From contig NZ_CP029495.1 of assembly GCF_003325475.1 (NCBI RefSeq), forward strand, positions 2,631,353 to 2,695,352: a DNA stretch of 64,000 nucleotides, read 5' to 3'. The notes beneath the pieces are model-generated. The model was not told where the DNA came from. It ran no database searches and saw nothing but the letters and a program-made list of their open reading frames with translations. The stretch's first letter is position 1, and each line of letters starts with the position of its first letter. Shown here piece after piece: positions 57,748 through 64,000 of this stretch. The position numbers and the translations under genes are program-made. The DNA comes from Chromobacterium phragmitis. Its GTDB lineage: Bacteria > Pseudomonadota > Gammaproteobacteria > Burkholderiales > Chromobacteriaceae.

Positions 57748-59522
57748 TGGGCGTAGCTGTTCGTCATTTTGATGCGGTGGTCGTGGGCGCCGGCGGCGCC
57801 GGCATGCGCGCCGCGCTGCAACTGTCGGAAGCCGGTCTGAAGACCGCCGTGCTGTCCAAGGTGTTCCCGACCCGTTCCCACACCGTGGCCGCCCAGGGCG
57901 GCGTGTCCGCTTCGCTCGGCAACTCCGAGCCGGACAACTGGCACTGGCACATGTACGACACCGTCAAGGGGTCGGACTGGCTGGGCGACCAGGACGCGAT
58001 TGAATTCATGTGCCGCGAAGCCCCGAAAGTGGTGGTGGAGCTGGAGCACTACGGCATGCCGTTCGACCGCAACCCGGACGGCACCATCTACCAGCGCCCG
58101 TTCGGCGGCCACATGTCCGACTTCGGCGAAGGCAAGCCGGTCCGCCGCGCCTGCGCCGCCGCCGACCGCACCGGCCATGCCATGCTGCACGCGCTGTACC
58201 AGCGCAATGTGCGCGCCAACACCCATTTCTTCGTGGAATGGATGGCGCTGGACCTGATCCGCGACGCCGAAGGCCGCGTGCAGGGCGTTGTCGCCATGGA
58301 AATGGAAACGTCCGAGATCGTCGTGTTCCAGGCCAAGGCCACCCTGTTCGCCACCGGCGGCGCCGGCCGCATCTTCGCCTCGTCCACCAACGCTTTCATC
58401 AATACCGGCGACGGCCTGGGCATGGCCGCCCGCGCCGGCATCCCGCTGGAAGACATGGAGTTCTGGCAGTTCCACCCGACCGGCGTGGCCGGCGCGGGCG
58501 TGCTGATCACCGAAGGCGTGCGCGGCGAAGGCGGCATTCTGCGCAACAGCTCCGGCGAGCGTTTCATGGAGCGCTACGCGCCGAACGCCAAGGACCTGGC
58601 CTCCCGCGACGTGGTGTCGCGCGCGATGGTGTCCGAGATCAACGAAGGCCGCGGCTGCGGCCCGAACAAGGACCACGTGCTGCTGGACATCACCCACCTC
58701 GACCCCGAGGTGATCATGTCCAAGCTGCCGGGCATCCGCGAAATCTCGATCAAGTTCGCCGGCGTGGACCCGATCAAGGCCCCGATCCCGGTGGTGCCGA
58801 CCTGCCATTACCAGATGGGCGGCATCCCCACCAATTACCACGGCGAAGTGGTGATCCAGGGCCAGCCGGTGCACGGCTTCTACGCCGCCGGCGAAGTGGC
58901 GTGCGCGTCGGTGCACGGCGCCAACCGCCTGGGCACCAACTCGCTGCTGGACCTGCTGGTCTTCGGCAAGAGCTCGGCCAATTCCATCATCGAGTTCGTC
59001 AAGCAGCAGCCGGAAGACCTGCCGCAGCTGGCGATGGCCGATGTGGAGCGCTCCGTCGCCCGCGTCGCCCGCTTGGACAACCAGACTAACGGCGTGCAGG
59101 TGCATGATGCCCGCGCCGAGATGCAGCGGGTGATGCAGGCGCACTGCGGCGTGTTCCGCTTCAAGGACATGCTGGCCGAAGGCGTGGACAAGATCATGCA
59201 GGTGGCCGACATGGTGGCCAAGACCGAGATCGGCGACAAGTCCAAGGTGTTCAATACCGCCCGCATCGAGGCGCTGGAGCTGGAGAACCTGATCGAAGTG
59301 GCCAAGGCCACCATGGTTTCCGCCAATGCCCGCACCGAGAGCCGCGGCGCCCACGTGCGCGACGACGCGCCGGACACCCCGGAAACCCCGAACGGCCGCG
59401 ACGACGTCAACTGGCTCAAGCACACCTTGTGGTTCCGCGACGGCAACCGTCTGGAATACAAGCCGGTGAACATGAAGCCGCTGACCGTGGATACGATCAA
59501 GTTGAAGGCCCGCTCCTACTAA
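57747..59522 (+). CDS. sdhA: Succinate dehydrogenase flavoprotein subunit
   Basis: 591 aa. FAD-binding GAGGAG, covalent-FAD His region (…RSHTVAAQGG…), catalytic …HPTG…/…R.H… motifs. Confidence 0.95.
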   Translation: MGVAVRHFDAVVVGAGGAGMRAALQLSEAGLKTAVLSKVFPTRSHTVAAQGGVSASLGNSEPDNWHWHMYDTVKGSDWLGDQDAIEFMCREAPKVVVELEHYGMPFDRNPDGTIYQRPFGGHMSDFGEGKPVRRACAAADRTGHAMLHALYQRNVRANTHFFVEWMALDLIRDAEGRVQGVVAMEMETSEIVVFQAKATLFATGGAGRIFASSTNAFINTGDGLGMAARAGIPLEDMEFWQFHPTGVAGAGVLITEGVRGEGGILRNSSGERFMERYAPNAKDLASRDVVSRAMVSEINEGRGCGPNKDHVLLDITHLDPEVIMSKLPGIREISIKFAGVDPIKAPIPVVPTCHYQMGGIPTNYHGEVVIQGQPVHGFYAAGEVACASVHGANRLGTNSLLDLLVFGKSSANSIIEFVKQQPEDLPQLAMADVERSVARVARLDNQTNGVQVHDARAEMQRVMQAHCGVFRFKDMLAEGVDKIMQVADMVAKTEIGDKSKVFNTARIEALELENLIEVAKATMVSANARTESRGAHVRDDAPDTPETPNGRDDVNWLKHTLWFRDGNRLEYKPVNMKPLTVDTIKLKARSY

Positions 59523-59536
59523 GGGTTGAATCAGAG

Positions 59537-60247
59537 ATGACTACCGAAACCGTCAAATTCCGCATCTACCGCTACGACCCGGACAAGGATGCCAAGCCGT
59601 ACATGCAGGACATCAGCATCGACATGGACGCGACCGAGCACAAGCTGCTGGACGCGTTGGTCAAGCTGAAGACCAAGGACGATACCTTGTCCTTCCGCCG
59701 CTCCTGTCGCGAAGGCGTCTGCGGCTCCGACGCGATGAACATCAACGGCAAGAACGGCCTGGCCTGCCTGACCGACTTCCGCGGCCTGAAGCAGCCGATC
59801 GAGCTGCGCCCGCTGCCGGGCCTGCCGGTGGTGCGCGACCTGATCGTGGACATGGCACAGTTCTTCAAGCAGTACCACTCGATCAAGCCGTACGTGATCA
59901 ACGACACGCCGCCGCCGGAGCGCGAGCGCCGCCAGTCGCCGGAAGACCGCAAGGAGCTGGACGGCCTGTACGAGTGCATTCTGTGCGCGTGCTGTTCCAC
60001 TTCCTGCCCGTCCTTCTGGTGGAATCCGGACAAGTTCGTCGGCCCGGCCGGCCTGTTGGCCGCCTACCGCTTCATCGCGGATACCCGCGACGAAGCCACC
60101 AGCGAGCGTCTGGACAATCTGGAAGACCCGTACCGCCTGTTCCGCTGCCATACCATCATGAACTGCGTCGACGTTTGCCCCAAGGGTCTGAACCCGACCA
60201 AGGCGATCGGCAAGATCAAGGACCTGATGGTCAGGCGCGCGGTATGA
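59537..60247 (+). CDS. sdhB: Succinate dehydrogenase iron-sulfur subunit
   Basis: 2Fe-2S (CREGVCGSDAMNINGKNGLAC), 4Fe-4S (CILCACCSTSCP) and 3Fe-4S (CHTIMNCVDVCP) cysteine clusters. Confidence 0.95.
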   Translation: MTTETVKFRIYRYDPDKDAKPYMQDISIDMDATEHKLLDALVKLKTKDDTLSFRRSCREGVCGSDAMNINGKNGLACLTDFRGLKQPIELRPLPGLPVVRDLIVDMAQFFKQYHSIKPYVINDTPPPERERRQSPEDRKELDGLYECILCACCSTSCPSFWWNPDKFVGPAGLLAAYRFIADTRDEATSERLDNLEDPYRLFRCHTIMNCVDVCPKGLNPTKAIGKIKDLMVRRAV

Positions 60248-60492
60248 CCGCTTACGATCCGATCGAACTGAAACGGATCCGCTGGCGGTCGCGGCGGGGC
60301 CTGCTGGAGCTGGACCTGGTGCTGGAGAAGTTTTTCGCCGGCCCGTTCGACCAGCTGGCACCCGCCCAGATCGATGCTTACCGGCGGCTGCTGGACCTGC
60401 CGGACACCGATTTCCTGGATGTCGTCAACGGCAAGGCCGATCTCGACGATCCGGAACTGATGGCCATCGTCTCGATCCTGAGGTCGCTGTGA
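60244..60492 (+). CDS. sdhE: SdhE/YgfY FAD-assembly factor (DUF339)
   Basis: 82 aa. RGxxE motif region (…RSRRGLLELD…). ATGA overlap with sdhB. Confidence 0.8.
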   Translation: MTAYDPIELKRIRWRSRRGLLELDLVLEKFFAGPFDQLAPAQIDAYRRLLDLPDTDFLDVVNGKADLDDPELMAIVSILRSL

Positions 60493-60525
60493 TGGCCGGC
60501 CCCAAACCATTACAACAATGAAATA

Positions 60526-61833
60526 ATGACTGGGAGTATTGCTGTGGAAACTAATCGCAAAGTCACGCTCAGCTACAACGAGGGCAAGGAAACCCTGGAC
60601 CTGCCGGTTCTGGGGGGCTCGCTGGGTCCGGATGTCGTCGACATCCGCGCATTCGGCAAAACTGGCATGTTCACCTTCGATCCGGGCTTCCTGGCCACCG
60701 CCAGCTGCGAGTCCAAGATCACCTTCATCGACGGCGACCTGGGCCAGCTGTACTACCGCGGCTATCCGATCGAGCAACTGGCCGAGAAGAGCGATTACCT
60801 GGAAGTGTGCTACCTGCTGCTGAACGGCGAACTGCCGACCGCGGCGCAGCGCAAGGAATTCGAGCGCGGCATCATGCGCCACAACATGCTGCACGACCAG
60901 CTGATGAGCCTGTTCAAGGGCTTCCGCCGCGACGCGCACCCGATGGCCGTGATGGTGGGCGTGGTGGGCGCGCTGTCCGCCTTCTACCATGACTCGCTGG
61001 ACATCTCCAATCCGGAGCACCGCCGCATCTCGGCGCACCGCCTGATCGCCAAGCTGCCGACCATCGCCGCGCAAGCCTACCGCTACAACAAGGGCCTGCC
61101 GTTCTCCTATCCGAAGAACGGCCTGACCTACGCGGAAAACTTCCTGCACATGATGTTCTCCACCCCGTGCGAAGAGTACAAGGTGAACCCGGTGCTGGCC
61201 CGCGCCATGGACCGCATCTTCACCCTGCACGCCGATCACGAGCAGAACGCTTCCACCTCCACCGTGCGTCTGGCCGGCTCCTCCGGCGCCAACCCGTTCG
61301 CGTGCATCGCCGCCGGCATCGCCTGCCTGTGGGGCCCGTCCCACGGCGGCGCCAACGAAGCCGTGCTGAAGATGCTGGACGAGATCGGCGCGGTGGAAAA
61401 CGTGGCCGACTTCATGCAGGGCGTGAAGGACAAGCGCTACAAGCTGATGGGCTTCGGCCACCGCGTGTACAAGAACATGGACCCGCGCGCCGCCATCATG
61501 AAGACCACTTGCGACGAAGTGCTGAAGGAGCTGGGCCTGCACAACGATCCGAAGTTCAAGCTGGCCATGGAGCTGGAAAAGATCGCGCTGTCCGACCCGT
61601 ATTTCATCGAGCGCAAGCTGTATCCGAACGTGGACTTCTACTCCGGCATCGTGCTGTCCGCCATCGGCATCCCGGTTTCCATGTTCACCCCGATCTTCGC
61701 GCTGGCCCGCACCGTGGGCTGGATCGCGCACTGGAACGAAATGATCGGCGATCCGGGCATGAAGATCGGCCGTCCGCGCCAGTTGTACACCGGCTCGCCG
61801 CGCCGCGATGTCGTGGACGTGGCCAAGCGTTGA
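60526..61833 (+). CDS. gltA: Citrate synthase (type II)
   Basis: 435 aa. Catalytic His/Asp motifs (…GFGHRVYK…, …[11 protein letters not shown]…). Confidence 0.95.
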   Translation: MTGSIAVETNRKVTLSYNEGKETLDLPVLGGSLGPDVVDIRAFGKTGMFTFDPGFLATASCESKITFIDGDLGQLYYRGYPIEQLAEKSDYLEVCYLLLNGELPTAAQRKEFERGIMRHNMLHDQLMSLFKGFRRDAHPMAVMVGVVGALSAFYHDSLDISNPEHRRISAHRLIAKLPTIAAQAYRYNKGLPFSYPKNGLTYAENFLHMMFSTPCEEYKVNPVLARAMDRIFTLHADHEQNASTSTVRLAGSSGANPFACIAAGIACLWGPSHGGANEAVLKMLDEIGAVENVADFMQGVKDKRYKLMGFGHRVYKNMDPRAAIMKTTCDEVLKELGLHNDPKFKLAMELEKIALSDPYFIERKLYPNVDFYSGIVLSAIGIPVSMFTPIFALARTVGWIAHWNEMIGDPGMKIGRPRQLYTGSPRRDVVDVAKR

Positions 61834-61955
61834 TGTGAAAGACCAGGGTTGGTTGAGGCGGGGGCTTCAACCAACCCTTTTTACAGAGCGTTGGGGCAAG
61901 GCCGCCTTGCCCAAGCGCTTTGAGCGAATGCTGCAACATCCAAGACCAAAGGGTA

Positions 61956-64000
61956 GCCAGATCATGATGCAATCCATGTACAGCCATTCCTATCTGTTCG
62001 GTGGGAATGCCCCGTTCATCGAGGAGCTGTACGAACAGTACCTCGCTGACGCCAACGCCGTCCCGCTCGAATGGCGCGACTACTTCGACAAGCTGGCGCA
62101 AGCGCCGGGCGCCGCCGAGCGCGACGTGCCGCACCAGCCGATCCAGGAGTCCTTCATCCAGCTGGCCAAGAAGCCGGTGATCGGTCAGCGCAGCGCCGCC
62201 GCCACCGACTGGGAGGCGATGCAGAAGCAAGTGGGCGTGCTGAAGCTGATCTCCGCCTACCGCGTGCTGGGCGCGCGCCAGGCCAATCTGGACCCGCTGA
62301 AGCGGATGGACCAGGCCATCGTGCGCGAGCTGGACCCGGCTACCCATGGTCTGACCGACGCCGACATGGCGGTGCAGTTCAACGCCGGCTCGCTGGTGGG
62401 CGCGCAGAAGCTGCCGCTGTCCGACATCCTGTCCCGCCTGAAGCAGACTTACTGCGGCAATATCGGCGTGGAATACATGCACATCACCCAGTCCGACGAA
62501 AAGCACTGGGTGCAGAAGCGCTTCGAGGGCGACCTGTCCACCCCGCGCTACGACGGGGCCAAGAAGCAGCGCATCCTGAAGCAGATCACCGCGGCCGAGA
62601 CGCTGGAACGCTATCTGCACACCAAGTACGTGGGCCAGAAGCGCTTCTCGCTGGAGGGCGGCGAATCCGCCATCGCGGCGCTGGACCACTTGATCCAGAA
62701 CGCCACCGAGCAGGGTGTGCAGGAGCTGATCATCGGCATGGCCCACCGCGGCCGCCTGAACGTGCTGGTCAACACCCTGGGCAAGCAGCCGCGCGACCTG
62801 TTCGCCGAGTTCGAAGGCAAGGCCGCCCAGCAGATGGCCTCCGGCGACGTGAAGTACCACATGGGCTTCTCGTCCGACATCCCGACCGCCAACGGTCCGA
62901 TGCACGTGTCGCTGGCGTTCAACCCGTCCCACCTGGAAATCGTCAACCCGGTGGTGGAAGGTTCGGTGCGCGCGCGCCAGCAGCGCCGCAAGGACGCGGA
63001 GCGCAAGACCGTGGTGCCGGTGCTGATCCACGGCGATTCCGCCTTCGGCGGCCTGGGCGTCAACCAGGGCACCTTCAACCTGTCGCAGACCCGCGGCTAC
63101 GGCACCGGCGGCACCATCCACATCGTGATCAACAACCAGGTGGGCTTCACTACTTCGGACACCCGCGACATCCGCTCCACGATGTATTGCACCGACGTGG
63201 CCAAGATGATCGAGGCGCCGATCCTGCACGTGAACGGCGACGATCCGGAAGCCGTCTGCTATGTGATGCAAGCCGCGCTGGATTACCGCATGACCTTCAA
63301 GAAGGACGTGGTGATCGATCTGGTGTGCTACCGCAAGCTGGGCCACAATGAGGGCGACGATCCCTTCCTGACCCAGCCGATGATGTACAAGAAGATCGCC
63401 AAGCACCAGGGCGTGCGCGCGATGTACGCCGAACGCCTGGTGCAGGAGGGCGTGCTGAAGTCCGAGGAGGCCGACGCGCAGATCCAGGCCTACCGCGACG
63501 CGCTGGACAAGGGCGAACACGTCGAGCAGACCACGCTGTCCAACTACAAGCGCGAGCACGCGCTGGACTACAGCCAGTACCTGGGCACCCACTGGGCCCA
63601 CCCGACCGACACCTCGATGCCGCAGGCCGACCTGCAGCGCCTGACCGAGAAGTTCACCACGCTGCCGGACGGCTTCAAGCTGCACCCGACCGTGCAGAAG
63701 GTGCTGGCCGCGCGCAAGGCGATGGCCGCCGGCGAGCAGAACGTGGACTGGGGCATGGCCGAGACGCTGGCCTACGCCTCGCTGGTGACCAACGGCTTCG
63801 GCGTGCGCCTGTCCGGCGAGGACTCCGGCCGCGGCACCTTCAGCCACCGCCACGCCGTGCTGCACGACCAGAACCGCGAGAGCTGGGACCAGGGCAGCTA
63901 TGTGCCGCTGCGCAACATGTCCGACAACCAGGCCGACTTCCTGGTGATCGACTCCATCCTGAACGAGGAGGCGGTGCTGGCCTATGAGTACGGCTACGCC
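61956..64000 (+). CDS. sucA: 2-oxoglutarate dehydrogenase E1 component, N-terminal about 680 aa; continues past window end
   Basis: Hand-translated from the ATG at 61956: MMQSMYSHSYLFGGNAPFIEELYEQYL… with TPP-binding region (…GDSAFGGLGVNQGT…). No stop before position 64000. Not in the supplied ORF track. Confidence 0.9.

Noticed and set aside
57717-63865. Long minus-strand ORFs (568, 555, 726 aa) and + ORFs 58010-59089, 61167-61838, 62071-63351
   Set aside because: Antisense or alternative frames of sdhA, gltA and sucA. The sense frames carry diagnostic cofactor-binding motifs.

Overview
High-GC chromosomal window (about 65% G+C by eye) from a betaproteobacterium, probably Chromobacterium or a close relative, carrying mostly core-genome genes. 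From left to right: a chemotaxis signalling module (MCP, CheA, STAS-domain protein, CheY); lysC; a palindromic pair of tRNA arrays (Ser-Arg-Glu on +, Glu-Arg-Glu-Arg on -); a DEDD exonuclease and a GIY-YIG (Cho-like) nuclease in the same reading frame split by one TAG; a flagellar export and regulation block (motA-like, fliA, flhG, flhF, flhA, flhB); thyA-folA; ubiG; two very large PAS/GAF-GGDEF-EAL sensor proteins; and a cluster for RNA damage response. The RNA-repair cluster has rtcR divergent from a sigma-54 promoter, a roughly 400-nt structured leader with tRNA-like minihelices, and then an SPFH protein, RtcB and a Pol-beta-type nucleotidyltransferase, with no RtcA or Rsr. About 5 kb further on there is a second, convergently oriented RtcB2-PrfH module that may act in ribosome repair. 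Between them lies a translationally coupled operon of cytochrome c, a GULO-family FAD oxidoreductase and a DSD1-like PLP enzyme, followed by a GH18 chitinase. Downstream are an 8-bladed beta-propeller lectin-like protein and a ricin-B lectin lipoprotein, a roughly 240-bp tandem repeat that reiterates a gene's 3' end plus its terminator, and a sharply AT-rich two-gene island beside lysS. The island encodes a 570-aa protein whose C-terminal half has a possible nitrilase-superfamily E-K-C triad. The window ends with prfB (canonical +1 frameshift site), mdh, sdhCDAB-sdhE, gltA and the start of sucA. Many long antisense ORFs in the supplied six-frame track are artefacts of the high G+C content.
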